Notes under the pieces: generated by a model
Databases searched by the model: none
The model's input: the letters and a program-made list of their open reading frames with translations, nothing else
Told to the model about the DNA's origin: nothing
Source: Methanocellales archaeon
Lineage (GTDB): Archaea > Halobacteriota > JAWCLZ01
NCBI GenBank assembly: GCA_038850275.1
Contig: JAWCLZ010000004.1
Span: 31,946-95,945 of the forward strand
DNA length: 64,000 nucleotides
Direction: 5' to 3'
Translations under genes and position numbers: made by a program
In this document: positions 1 through 9,719 of the stretch, in pieces
How the letters are laid out: each line of letters opens with the position of its first letter
Position numbering within the stretch: position 1 is the first letter of the stretch

Positions 1-1
1 T

Positions 2-760
2 TTGAAATATCCAGTTATAGCGGTTAATGATGCTGAAACTAAGATGATGTTCGACAATCGCTATGGAACTGGGCAGAGTACTGTTCACGGTATATTAAAT
101 GCAACGAATATTTTAATCGCGGGTAAAACAGTGGTAATCGCTGGCTATGGATGGTGTGGCCGTGGGATTGCAATGCGTGCTCGCGGCATGGGGGCAAATG
201 TAGTTGTGGTTGAAACTGACCCAAGGAAAGCACTTGAAGCATTCATGGATGGATTTCAAGTGATGGATATGAAAGCAGCGGCTAGAGTAGGGGATTTATT
301 CATCACGGCAACTGGGAATATTTCAGTCATCAGAAAAGAGCATTTCAAGATCATGAAAGATCAAGTTATCCTAGCAAATGCAGGGCACTTCAACGTTGAA
401 ATCGATATTCCAGATCTAGAAAAACTTGCAGTGAAGAAGCAAAATGTGAAGGAAAATGTAGATGAATATACCTTGAAGGATGGAAGAAGGATTTATTTGC
501 TAGCAGAGGGTAGACTTGTCAACCTCGCTGCAGCATATGGGCATCCGCCTGAGGTTATGGATATGAGTTTTGCAAATCAAGCACTCTGCGTGAAATATCT
601 TGTGGAGCATAAAGGTGAGCTTGAAAATAAAGTATACCCAGTGCCTGAGGAGATTGATAAAAAAGTAGCTAGGCTGAAGCTCGCTAGCTTGAATATTAAA
701 ATTGAATCTCTCACCAAGGAGCAGGTGAGATATCTAACTAGTTGGAAGATGGGCACTTAG
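2..760 (+). CDS. ahcY: S-adenosylhomocysteine hydrolase, 5'-truncated by the window edge
   Basis: [16 protein letters not shown]-binding [18 protein letters not shown] and [13 protein letters not shown] motifs typical of AdoHcyase. Confidence 0.97.
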   Translation: MKYPVIAVNDAETKMMFDNRYGTGQSTVHGILNATNILIAGKTVVIAGYGWCGRGIAMRARGMGANVVVVETDPRKALEAFMDGFQVMDMKAAARVGDLFITATGNISVIRKEHFKIMKDQVILANAGHFNVEIDIPDLEKLAVKKQNVKENVDEYTLKDGRRIYLLAEGRLVNLAAAYGHPPEVMDMSFANQALCVKYLVEHKGELENKVYPVPEEIDKKVARLKLASLNIKIESLTKEQVRYLTSWKMGT

Positions 761-771
761 GAGATGGAATT

Positions 772-1857
772 ATGAAGCTATCTAGCTTGAGGGATTATTT
801 ACAGCAGCGATTTGGGGGGAAAGTGGAGATTTTATACGCGAAGGAGATGGGCAGAAGTTTGAAAGTTGAGAAGGATGAGCTCAAGGGCTTTGGCTATGGC
901 AAGCCTATTGAGATAGAAATTCAAGTTAATGGAGATAAACATTCTCTAGTTCTCTCTTCAATGCGCGTGCAAAAAGGCTTTGGCCACGATTATTTTTCAG
1001 ATCGGGCTCAGGTATTGCTTTGGCAATACTCAGCTTTTAATAAACTTCCTAGACACGTGAGAGCACTTGATGTTGGCTACTTCACTAGAGATGGAGAGCT
1101 TTTCTCAGCAGCTAAAGCAGAGGAATTCTTTCTTTTGATGGAGAAAGTAAACGGCCGAGAATATCACTTCGACTTAGATAGATTGAGAGATGGAGGAGAA
1201 CTGAGAGAACTTGATATAGCTAGAGCGAGAGCTCTTTCTGACTATCTAGTGGAGATTCATTCTCAAAAGCATAGAGATGAAGAGCTTTACAAGCGCAGAA
1301 TCCGAGAGCTAGTGGGCCACGGTGAATGCATAATGGGATTGATCGACAGCTATCCAAGGGATTTTGAATTTGCCTCGCCTCAAGATTTTTGCAAAATAGA
1401 GCAAAAATGTATTGAATGGAGATTCAAACTCAGAGATAATGCACATAGACTATGCGTGGTACACGGCGATTATCACCCTTGGAATGTGATCTTCAGAGAG
1501 GGTATTGACTTCACTGTTTTAGATAGAAGCAGGGGTGAATATGGAGAGCCAGCTGATGATGTTGCAACAATGAGCATGAATTATATATTTTATTCTCTTC
1601 AGAAATACAGCGAACTTAAGGGTGAATTTAAGCAACTCTTCGATGTTTTCTTGAATAATTATCTTGAGAAAACTGATGATGGTGAGATATTGAAATTCAT
1701 GCCTCCCTTCTATGTATTCAGAGCACTGGTGATAGCCAGTCCAGTTTGGTATCCCACTTTATCGCCAGAAGTCAGGGTGAAGCTCTTTAATTTCATTCGC
1801 AATGTCCTTGAGGTTGAAGAATTTAATCCACAGAGAGTCAATGAGCTATTGAAATGA
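772..1857 (+). CDS. Aminoglycoside-phosphotransferase/kinase-like protein
   Basis: Brenner-type HGDYHPWN catalytic motif followed by LDRSRGEYG; start moved to ATG 772, just after the ahcY stop and a GGAG SD. Confidence 0.75.
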   Translation: MKLSSLRDYLQQRFGGKVEILYAKEMGRSLKVEKDELKGFGYGKPIEIEIQVNGDKHSLVLSSMRVQKGFGHDYFSDRAQVLLWQYSAFNKLPRHVRALDVGYFTRDGELFSAAKAEEFFLLMEKVNGREYHFDLDRLRDGGELRELDIARARALSDYLVEIHSQKHRDEELYKRRIRELVGHGECIMGLIDSYPRDFEFASPQDFCKIEQKCIEWRFKLRDNAHRLCVVHGDYHPWNVIFREGIDFTVLDRSRGEYGEPADDVATMSMNYIFYSLQKYSELKGEFKQLFDVFLNNYLEKTDDGEILKFMPPFYVFRALVIASPVWYPTLSPEVRVKLFNFIRNVLEVEEFNPQRVNELLK

Positions 1858-2129
1858 TGTGCACTCGTTAAAGCCATTCCACCACTTCTTCTCTCTCAAG
1901 ATCCCTTATCGCCTTTCCCCTAATCGATTTTGTTTCTAATCCCATCCGATTCGATTAGCGTGAATGTAGCATAGCCAAAGTTCATTTGTGAATCCCATTC
2001 TCCTCTCGCTAGATAACTCGCTTCAGGTTATTTCCACAGAGCCTTTAAATTGGAGTGCCATCTAATTGTGGACATTGCGTTTTCGCTGCTTGAAAAATGC
2101 ACTAGATCGCAGTTCTTGGAATTGCTGTA

Positions 2130-3083
2130 CTATAGTTCAGGAAAAATTTGCCTTAAAGAATAATATTCTGGGAGTGAAACGCATAGCAGTACATCTATTA
2201 TAAGTGAAGCGAACATTACCCCTCGATATCTTGAGCCCTGCAGGAATAACTTCCCACCTCTCTCGGGCGTTGGATTCCTCACGAAATCATAGCACTGGGT
2301 AAGCATCCAAATCCCGCTTGCTAGAGCACCTAATAGGTAAACCACACCAAGTCTCGCGCTAATGAAGATTATAATGGAGAATATTACCCCCATTATCCAA
2401 CAGAGCATTATAAACTTTGAGGTAAAGGGAACGCCAAATGTCACCGGCATAGTTGGAGCTCCACGCCGTCTATCCCCAGCTACATCTCTACTTACTCCTG
2501 CTAAGGTAAATCCCCAGTCTGTAACGCAGATCATAAGTCCTAGGAATATAGCGGGTAAGGGTAAAAATGCACCCTTCCAAGTTGGATCAAAAGCAAGCCA
2601 TACACCTATTGGAACTGTTCCATAGGCCACCCCTACGAAGAAAAAACTCATGAATGTATGGCGCTTAGCCCATTTTGAATAAATAGATATCACCACAACT
2701 CCAATAGCGAGTACTACGAGGGATTCAATGTTCAAATATGCTGCTGCACTAGCAGCAATTGCGAGGAGCAAAAAACTATAATAAAGTGCTTGATTCTTAG
2801 TCATCTTCGCACTTGGGAGCGGTCGATTTGGGAGGTTAATTGAATCTATATCAACATCGCAGTAGTCATTGAAAACATATGTAGAAGTAATTGCACAGTA
2901 AGCTCCTATAACTGCAATAATGAAGGCAAATGGATCTGGAAGTTTACCAAGGCTGTGAATTGCATCTGGATACGCGAAATAAGCAGCAAGAAGCCCACTT
3001 GCAGCTGGTAGAGCTAAGTCCATATCTGAAATCTCAGGGCGGAGTATTTGCACATAGGGTTTAAAGCGATTTACAACTTCCAT
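2130..3083 (-). CDS. UbiA-family prenyltransferase (DGGGP synthase-like)
   Basis: NDYCDVDIDSINLPNRPLPS and RDVAGD aspartate-rich motifs; multiple TM helices. Confidence 0.85.
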   Translation of the reverse strand: MEVVNRFKPYVQILRPEISDMDLALPAASGLLAAYFAYPDAIHSLGKLPDPFAFIIAVIGAYCAITSTYVFNDYCDVDIDSINLPNRPLPSAKMTKNQALYYSFLLLAIAASAAAYLNIESLVVLAIGVVVISIYSKWAKRHTFMSFFFVGVAYGTVPIGVWLAFDPTWKGAFLPLPAIFLGLMICVTDWGFTLAGVSRDVAGDRRRGAPTMPVTFGVPFTSKFIMLCWIMGVIFSIIIFISARLGVVYLLGALASGIWMLTQCYDFVRNPTPERGGKLFLQGSRYRGVMFASLIIDVLLCVSLPEYYSLRQIFPEL

Positions 3084-3246
3084 CAGAATCTAATGATTGC
3101 AATTGAAATACATATTCTTTTCTAGGTGAGAGTGTTAACTTTGCATCGTCTTCTCTTTGATTTTTTCATCATAATGATGGTTAATGATGAGTAAAAATAC
3201 TTTTATATATTTCAAATTACATATTAAATCTAGGGAGGGGCCTTTA

Positions 3247-4044
3247 ATGTTAAATAAATTTATTGATGAAGCAATTGCTGAAGCTATGAAGAAGAGTAAA
3301 AATACTGAAGAAATATTACTAGCTCTGGGTGAAAGAGCTTTATTTGTCTCATTATATACTAAAATTTTAAGGCTTAAAAACTCAGTTTGGAATGCTTGCG
3401 AAGAAGTGAAAAATGAAGAGCTGAAGGAGTTATTAAGGGATATCGTTAGCGATGAGTTGCTATGGCTTTACTTTAGAGAAAAAGATCTGCTTAAAAAAGG
3501 AAAGAAACCGGAAATACCGGGGGAAAAAGAGAAAGGGGAAGATGGAAACTGGATAAAAATTGGGAAGCTTTCATGGTGCGAGCAAAATGGAGTGGTTAAT
3601 ATTAAATATGGTCAATGTGGCAAGAGAATAAGTGCTAGAGAAATCGAGGAGCTCTTTAATAAATATGATCCAATAACCATCGATGATTTGTTAAAAGACC
3701 TGAAGTCCAAAAATCTTGCAACAATGATGCTCAAATTCTTCCAGCACCATCCAAAGTATAAAGATAAAGTTGTTCTAAAAGAAGGCAAGTGGCGCAAGAA
3801 GTACTTATATAAGAGCGATCCAGCTTCTAGGTTATATAAAATTTTTTGTATGAAGCACCCCGATTTTGAAATCCACCCTGAGAAGATGTGCACATATGAA
3901 GCAGTTTTCAATAATGAAAAACCCTGCCCGCTCAAGCAGAAATTCTTGAAAATCGGTGCAAGAGTTGAATGCAGCCCTCCAAAGATAGAGCAAACCAACG
4001 AGCAAATCGTGGAATCAAATGGCAAAATAATAGAAGTGATTTAA
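3247..4044 (+). CDS. Hypothetical protein, Lys/Glu-rich, with Cys residues in the C-terminal part
   Basis: Long open frame; GGGAGGGG SD before ATG 3247; no recognisable family motif. Confidence 0.6.
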   Translation: MLNKFIDEAIAEAMKKSKNTEEILLALGERALFVSLYTKILRLKNSVWNACEEVKNEELKELLRDIVSDELLWLYFREKDLLKKGKKPEIPGEKEKGEDGNWIKIGKLSWCEQNGVVNIKYGQCGKRISAREIEELFNKYDPITIDDLLKDLKSKNLATMMLKFFQHHPKYKDKVVLKEGKWRKKYLYKSDPASRLYKIFCMKHPDFEIHPEKMCTYEAVFNNEKPCPLKQKFLKIGARVECSPPKIEQTNEQIVESNGKIIEVI

Positions 4045-4054
4045 GTAAACCATT

Positions 4055-4200
4055 TCAAATTCCATTTTCTCGTGTGTAGCCTAGTACTTTAGCTCCTGCT
4101 TCATTCACCAAAGTTATGAATCCATTTAAATCCAAGACGAAAATTGCATCATTTTTTCAAATAAAAGGCGATATCTCTCTTCGCTCTCTCGAAGCGCTTG
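4055..4200 (-). pseudogene. PAS-domain sensor remnant
   Basis: Minus strand reads ALRESEERYRLLFE, then after a frameshift in an A6 run NDAIFVLDLNGFITLVNEAGAKVLGYTRE and a stop; this is a classic PAS S-box N-terminus. Confidence 0.7.
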
Positions 4201-4723
4201 TATCGCTTGCGCGGGAATAACTTCAAAGCAAGGAGAGCCAATTATTTTTTTTCCACGAGGTAACCCTGTTTCAAGGATTGTTATGCATAAATGTTTCGGA
4301 TTAATTCAATATAGGAAATAATTATCAATAAAACTATTTTTAAAACAAAATTAGCCGATTTAATATAAATTTTTAAATCCGTTTGAAAATCTTATCGAGT
4401 TTAATCTAGAGCCCACCGTGGGAACAGGTATATGATTTTTTAACTCTATATAGTTGATTTATGAGTTTTTGAATTCGATACTGCGTGCACATTGCATCTG
4501 CTTTAATTGCACTATAATCTGCTCAGTTCGTGCACTGTTGATTTCTCTTACTTTAACTTCTTCATCTTGAATTTGTGAATAGACTTCGATTGACATATTT
4601 ACATTGAGCACAATACCTCTCACTCACTTAATCCTGCAATATTAAAAAGGATAGGAAAAATGGAAGAACCTAAAGTGAATAGGCACTTTTTCGGCATTTA
4701 TCGGACTGCGATTTTTCTAAATT

Positions 4724-5605
4724 TTATTTTCCATTGAAGATGTGATGGGCTGGAATTTCGTGTCTATCCAAGCCAAGTTTTTTCAAGTCAAAGCCGAATG
4801 CCACGCCATATAGCTGAGCTAGATGTATTACTGGATATGTATAGATCTCGCCATACTTCGCTTTTATATCCACCTGCCCCCTATCATATTGCAAGTGACA
4901 AAACGGGCAGATATCCACAATTGCCTGAGCGTCAGTTTTCTTGATCTCTCGAAGCTTGACTAGAGTCATTTTAAGTGCAAGCTCGGGATTCCTTGCTCTA
5001 ACTCCGCCTCCTGAGCCGCAGCATAGATTTTTATCGACATAATCGATGCTCTTCGCACCAGTGACCTCGACTAGTTCATCTAAGATGCGAGGAGTTTCAG
5101 GGTCATCTAGGTGTTTTATCCTCGATGGCTTCAAGAAGTGACAGCCATAGTGTACCGCTACTTTTAAATCAAGAGGTCGAACAACTTTATTTGCAATTTT
5201 CTCTAGCCCAATATCTCGATAAAGAAACTCAGCGAAATGTCTCACTTTAGAAGTTCCTCTATAGGTCATTCCTACCTTTGCTAAAATTTGATTAACTTCT
5301 TCTCTTAACTTCTCATCTTCCTCAAGCTTGTGGTGAACCTCTGCTAAGGACCCAAAGCAACCATTACAAATGGTAATAATATCCACATCTAGCGATTCCG
5401 CAATTGCTATATTGCGTGCTCCAAGTGCAAGCCAAGTTGCTTGATCAAAAGACCTAGTAACACCAGGGGCAGGGCAGCAGGATGCGCCCTCGAGTTCTTT
5501 CACTGGTATATCAAGTGCTTTCAATACCTCACGAGTGGAACTCTCTATACCTGGGTAGCGATTTGGCGCTACACATCCGAGGAATAAGCCATAGCCAGCT
5601 GCCAT
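4724..5605 (-). CDS. hdrB: Heterodisulfide reductase subunit B (methanogen-like copy)
   Basis: Two CCG domains: GCVAPNRYPG, CCPAPG, CNGC, HYGCH, CCGSGG, CPFCHLQYD; start moved to ATG 5605. Confidence 0.95.
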   Translation of the reverse strand: MAAGYGLFLGCVAPNRYPGIESSTREVLKALDIPVKELEGASCCPAPGVTRSFDQATWLALGARNIAIAESLDVDIITICNGCFGSLAEVHHKLEEDEKLREEVNQILAKVGMTYRGTSKVRHFAEFLYRDIGLEKIANKVVRPLDLKVAVHYGCHFLKPSRIKHLDDPETPRILDELVEVTGAKSIDYVDKNLCCGSGGGVRARNPELALKMTLVKLREIKKTDAQAIVDICPFCHLQYDRGQVDIKAKYGEIYTYPVIHLAQLYGVAFGFDLKKLGLDRHEIPAHHIFNGK

Positions 5606-5609
5606 TTTT

Positions 5610-6125
5610 TCACCCCTTCTTTTCAAGCAGCTTGATGAAACCTGTTTCTTCCATTATTTTGCGAACACTCTCAATCGCGTTTTTATCTGCTTGAGCTATC
5701 GGGGGCATTTCGCTTAATCCAAGGGCTAGTCTCTCTTTTTTGTACTTATCATCAATTGGCACGAGGTGACCTGTTTTCACTAAGAACCCAGCTGCTCTTC
5801 GATGCGCTTCCGCCATGTATCCCTCTTTGACAGCGATATTTCTAATTGCCATGATTATATCAGTCGTTTCCACTCCCTGGGGGCATCGCTCTAAGCAAGT
5901 ATGGCAGGTTGTGCATTGCCAAATGTCATCGCCACTTATTACTTCTTTCTTCAAGCCAAGTCTTGCCTTTCTGAATTCTTTTCTTATTCTCAGCGCTGCA
6001 AGTCTCCCTGAGGGACAGGATCCAGTGCATGTACCGCATTGAAAGCAATTTAAAATCGATTCACCGCCTAATTTAATGATTTCCTCTAGGAACTCATTTT
6101 TTTCAATACTTATGGGTATAGCCAT
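5610..6125 (-). CDS. hdrC: Heterodisulfide reductase subunit C
   Basis: CFQCGTCTGSCP and CTTCHTCLERCP [4Fe-4S] motifs; directly upstream of hdrB. Confidence 0.95.
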   Translation of the reverse strand: MAIPISIEKNEFLEEIIKLGGESILNCFQCGTCTGSCPSGRLAALRIRKEFRKARLGLKKEVISGDDIWQCTTCHTCLERCPQGVETTDIIMAIRNIAVKEGYMAEAHRRAAGFLVKTGHLVPIDDKYKKERLALGLSEMPPIAQADKNAIESVRKIMEETGFIKLLEKKG

Positions 6126-6175
6126 ATCAATATTCCTTCTTTGCTTTATGGCTTTTAATATAAAATCAGTGATAC

Positions 6176-6763
6176 ATGAGGCTTTCGAAATTAATCAATA
6201 TATCAATTTCAAACATGAAAAAATCTTTCAATATAAAATCCTTATCTAAATTTATGGATTTTCTATCCAAGATAGATTCAAGTAACTGCCCCTTCCCTGT
6301 TAGGAAATGCGAATGGTGTATAGTTTATAAATTTTTATCTGAAGATGAAGCTATTTCGAAGTACTCCATCGAATTAACTTGGGAGGAGCTTGAGGATAAG
6401 AGGCTTATCTGGCTCAAAGGACGCGGAGGCGCGGCTTTTTATTTTTCCTATGAATTTGAGATCCCTCTTGCTGCCTATTGTATAGTTAAATGCAGGAGGA
6501 CTCATCTTGAGTGTTTGAATTGCTGCTTGAAAAAACTGGGGATAAAGAGCTATACCAAACCCGCTGAGGGAGAGGAAAGCAGTTTCAAGATAATGCTTCC
6601 ATTATTGCTTTTTAATTCCAAGCAAGGGGAAACTGTGCTAATAGAACCAGATTCAAAATTCTGGCGGTGTTTGGATAGAAGGGGATGCAGAGATGCCTTC
6701 TGTGAGTATTACGATCTTTGTAAAACTTTGATGGAGAATGAAAAATTGCCTTTTTCACTGTAG
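6176..6763 (+). CDS. Cys-rich hypothetical protein (12 Cys)
   Basis: 195-codon ORF fills the gap between the two hdrCB pairs; Cys in three clusters; start uncertain. Confidence 0.6.
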   Translation: MRLSKLINISISNMKKSFNIKSLSKFMDFLSKIDSSNCPFPVRKCEWCIVYKFLSEDEAISKYSIELTWEELEDKRLIWLKGRGGAAFYFSYEFEIPLAAYCIVKCRRTHLECLNCCLKKLGIKSYTKPAEGEESSFKIMLPLLLFNSKQGETVLIEPDSKFWRCLDRRGCRDAFCEYYDLCKTLMENEKLPFSL

Positions 6764-7594
6764 CAATTTTGGGGATACAAAGTGCTTGTCAAGACCTGTT
6801 TCTCGCATATCCAATCCAAGTGCCAAGCCTATTGCTTGTGTGAAATAGAGCACAGGGAGCGTGAATTTGGTTTTATATATCGTCTCTATTTTGGACTGCT
6901 GAGCATCTAGCATTGTATGGCACAAGGGGCATGCTACTATGAGGCAGTTAGCACCCAGTTTTTTAGCCTCCTCAAGTAAATTTTTAGCTAGTTTATTAGC
7001 AGTTTCTTCTTTTCCCATTAAAAGAGCTCCTCCACAGCATTTGGTTTTACTTGGAAACTCTATGTATTCTCCGCCAATTGCTCGAATTATATTTTCAAGC
7101 CACATTGGGTCTTCTGCTTTACAGATCCTTGCTGGTCTAGTGAGCAAGCAACCATAGTAGGGAGCTGCTCGTATTCCCTTCAATGGTTTTTTTACTTTTC
7201 CAGCGAGGTTGTCGAGTCCATATTCTTGAATGATTACATTAATTAAGTGCTTGATCTTTACCTCAGCGCGATAGGGCTCGCCTATTAATCCCTCTATTTT
7301 TTCCCTCACTCCTTGGCTTTCTTTCACGGAGTAATCTGCCTTGAGCAAGTTGTTGTAGCATATACTGCAGGGAGCAATGAGATCCATTCCTAGCTTTGAA
7401 GCGAGGATTATATTTCTTATTGAAAGTGCGGTAGAAAGAATTTTATCTGATGCGACTTCAAGGGCGCCACAGCAATTCCAGTCTTCTATTTCCACGAGTT
7501 CTATTCCTAGGGCTCTGCATATTGCTCTCGTGGAGATTTCATATTCCTTTGCTGAGCCATGGAGGAAGCAACCTGGATAGTATGCATATCTCAT
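6755..7594 (-). CDS. hdrB: Heterodisulfide reductase subunit B, second and divergent copy
   Basis: YYPGC, NCCGA, PCSIC, YYGCLLTRP, KCCGG, ACPLCHTMLD CCG-domain motifs. Confidence 0.92.
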   Translation of the reverse strand: MRYAYYPGCFLHGSAKEYEISTRAICRALGIELVEIEDWNCCGALEVASDKILSTALSIRNIILASKLGMDLIAPCSICYNNLLKADYSVKESQGVREKIEGLIGEPYRAEVKIKHLINVIIQEYGLDNLAGKVKKPLKGIRAAPYYGCLLTRPARICKAEDPMWLENIIRAIGGEYIEFPSKTKCCGGALLMGKEETANKLAKNLLEEAKKLGANCLIVACPLCHTMLDAQQSKIETIYKTKFTLPVLYFTQAIGLALGLDMRETGLDKHFVSPKLLQ

Positions 7595-7606
7595 TTATTT
7601 TGTCCC

Positions 7607-8173
7607 TCACTTATTTAACCCCTTGAATATCCTCTCAATCTGCATTTTATCTTTAACAGCCTTTGGGGTTAAAACTAGTTTTCCCTTTCTGAACATTGAG
7701 ATTCCTTGAGTACTATAAGCAATCATTCGCCCAATTCCCTTGGTTTTTATCAGATATCCACTAATTGCGCCTAATTCGTGCACTCTGCCGTATTTCTTTA
7801 TGGATTCAGCGAATGTTTCTTCAAATTTATGTCTATTGCTGGATATTTTGATCTTACCAGCTTTTTCCTCTCGCTTGGCTATTTCTCTTATCGCCCCCAT
7901 TATTTCAGTTATGCGTACATCGTGGGGGCAGTAATCATAGCAAGCATAGCAATTCACGCATAGCCAGATTTTTTCATCTGTCAATACTTCTTCGCGCATG
8001 CCAAGTAATGCTTTATGGATTATCTTTCGAGGACTGAATTTTTCTCCTTCTTGATTAACTGGGCATATCACGCTGCAGCTAGCGCAACTATAGCAAGTTA
8101 AAATCTTCTCTCCACCTGGTTCATTTGCAATTTCATATTTGAATTTTGGGTCGAGTTGATCTAACTTAATCGT
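7607..8173 (-). CDS. hdrC: Heterodisulfide reductase subunit C, second copy; predicted non-canonical ACG start
   Basis: The frame stays open 34 codons upstream of the tracked GTG (8071) and encodes IKLDQLDPKFKYEIANEPGGEKILT-CYSCASCSVICP; second motif CVNCYACYDYCP; AGGTGA SD 5 nt before the ACG at 8173-8171. Confidence 0.85.
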   Translation of the reverse strand, partial: TIKLDQLDPKFKYEIANEPGGEKILTCYSCASCSVICPVNQEGEKFSPRKIIHKALLGMREEVLTDEKIWLCVNCYACYDYCPHDVRITEIMGAIREIAKREEKAGKIKISSNRHKFEETFAESIKKYGRVHELGAISGYLIKTKGIGRMIAYSTQGISMFRKGKLVLTPKAVKDKMQIERIFKGLNK

Positions 8174-8393
8174 TTATTTCACCTACTTATTCATATTTGT
8201 TGGATATTTATTAATATTTTTATTTGATTTTAAAACAGTAAAAATGTTTAAAAATTTAATTATTTGAGAAATTTGCCTTGAAAAAGTGATTATTAAACCT
8301 TTTGTAGGCAGCTGTTGGAAATAGTCGCTTTACTGGATTATTCGCTAAAGCGTGAGTTAAAAAAGCCACTGCATATCACAGAGTCGATTGAAT

Positions 8394-9671
8394 CTAACTA
8401 TTCCCTAGAGCATTTGGTTCGCCTCCACCATGCCAGCTTTTCCTAGGTCTAATTTTAACCACGTGGAAGCTCTCAGTGGTATCGTCAAGCAATAATGCAG
8501 CGCCTTTGTCTTGATTTAATCTCTTCATACACTCCACAATTCCATCTCGCATGTAAATTGGTCTAACTTCGCTCAATGCATTAATATCTTCTTGAGCAGT
8601 CAATCTATGGCAAATTAAAAGATCGCAGTGGGATATTGCCTCGCGATGGAGAGCCGCTAAAGTTTGAGTTGCAAGCACCAAGCTCAAGCCAGGCTGCCTG
8701 CCTAGTCTGAGCCATTCGTTTACAATTACATTTGAGGCTATTGTTTCACTATTTCTAGGCAAGAAAACGTGAGCTTCATCGATGAAAAGCCAGACCATTG
8801 GGAATTCTTGATTCAAAGAGATTTTTCTCATCTCAGCGAGCAGTTGATTTCTCCTTGCTTTCACCCGTTCAGTATAAATTTGCCTAGCAATTGTTGCAAC
8901 AATCGCGCTTTTGACATTAGAAGCATGCCCATAGCAGCTTAAATCTAACACGCTAATTTTACCACCTTTCACAAGTTCATTCAAAGGCGTGCCATATCTA
9001 TCAAAGATCCCCCAGCTTTGAACTGCAAGCAAGTAATTCTCAGCTGCAGCTCTAATATTTGGGTGAATTTTTTTATCTTCATTAATATTCGAGGCTATAT
9101 CCCTAAGGGAAAAAAGCTCTCCAGTTTCCTTTAGCTTTTGAATAGTCTTGATAATTAAAACCCCGAGGGGTTCAAGTGGAGATATATTGAGCATTGAGCA
9201 CCAGTCAAATGCATCAAGATCGCTCGCTCTCACTGAAAAAGAGCTGCATTTCACTTTTCTCTGTTCAAATTCCACTTTGAAAGCATTTGGAACGAAAATC
9301 TCAAGATCATACTTCTCAGGCTTTAGATCCCATTTCTTCAGTAGATTTTCTTCCCTCCAGTTTTCCATGCTCATTGTCCAAAATATACCCATTGTATCTA
9401 TGATTAAAAATGCAAGATTATTTTTAATGGCTTCATCTAGAGATGCAAGTTCTTCCACTATAACACCAAGGGAATAAGATTTTCCATAACCTCTCTTACC
9501 GCATATCAATATTACATGAGGATGAAGCGCATCGAAATAGACCTCAGCACCTAAGGAACCATCGAGCGCGAGATATCTACCTAAATTCAAAAGTCCTTTA
9601 TTCGCTTGACCGCGCGTTCCCAGAATATACATTTTTCTGCTATTCACGATCGAAACCTTTATCTCTCTCAT
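8394..9671 (-). CDS. HerA/VirB4-like (DUF87-type) P-loop ATPase
   Basis: Walker A GKRGYGKS, Walker B LFIDEAH, RLGRQPG motif, LATQ strand. Confidence 0.85.
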   Translation of the reverse strand: MREIKVSIVNSRKMYILGTRGQANKGLLNLGRYLALDGSLGAEVYFDALHPHVILICGKRGYGKSYSLGVIVEELASLDEAIKNNLAFLIIDTMGIFWTMSMENWREENLLKKWDLKPEKYDLEIFVPNAFKVEFEQRKVKCSSFSVRASDLDAFDWCSMLNISPLEPLGVLIIKTIQKLKETGELFSLRDIASNINEDKKIHPNIRAAAENYLLAVQSWGIFDRYGTPLNELVKGGKISVLDLSCYGHASNVKSAIVATIARQIYTERVKARRNQLLAEMRKISLNQEFPMVWLFIDEAHVFLPRNSETIASNVIVNEWLRLGRQPGLSLVLATQTLAALHREAISHCDLLICHRLTAQEDINALSEVRPIYMRDGIVECMKRLNQDKGAALLLDDTTESFHVVKIRPRKSWHGGGEPNALGNS

Positions 9672-9719
9672 TGTATTTCAAGTTTGTGCAAAAAAGTATC
9701 TTAGCTGGATGTAACGAAA

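Noticed and set aside
1858-2129. Possible gene fragment on the minus strand (EASYLARGEWDSQMNFGYATFTLIE)
   Set aside because: Short, stop-interrupted, and no family could be assigned with confidence
4470-4620. About 45-codon minus-strand ORF (MSIEVYSQIQDEEVKVRE...)
   Set aside because: No motif or clear SD; cannot be distinguished from chance
4724-8173. Evidence that the organism is a methanogen or alkane oxidiser
   Set aside because: HdrBC and the other marker-like genes also occur in non-methanogens; no mcr/acr or mtr genes are in the window
8174-8182. Stop-codon readthrough (Sec/Pyl) from GTG-AAA-TAA upstream of hdrC2
   Set aside because: The stop is TAA, not TGA or TAG, and the GTG is part of the SD sequence
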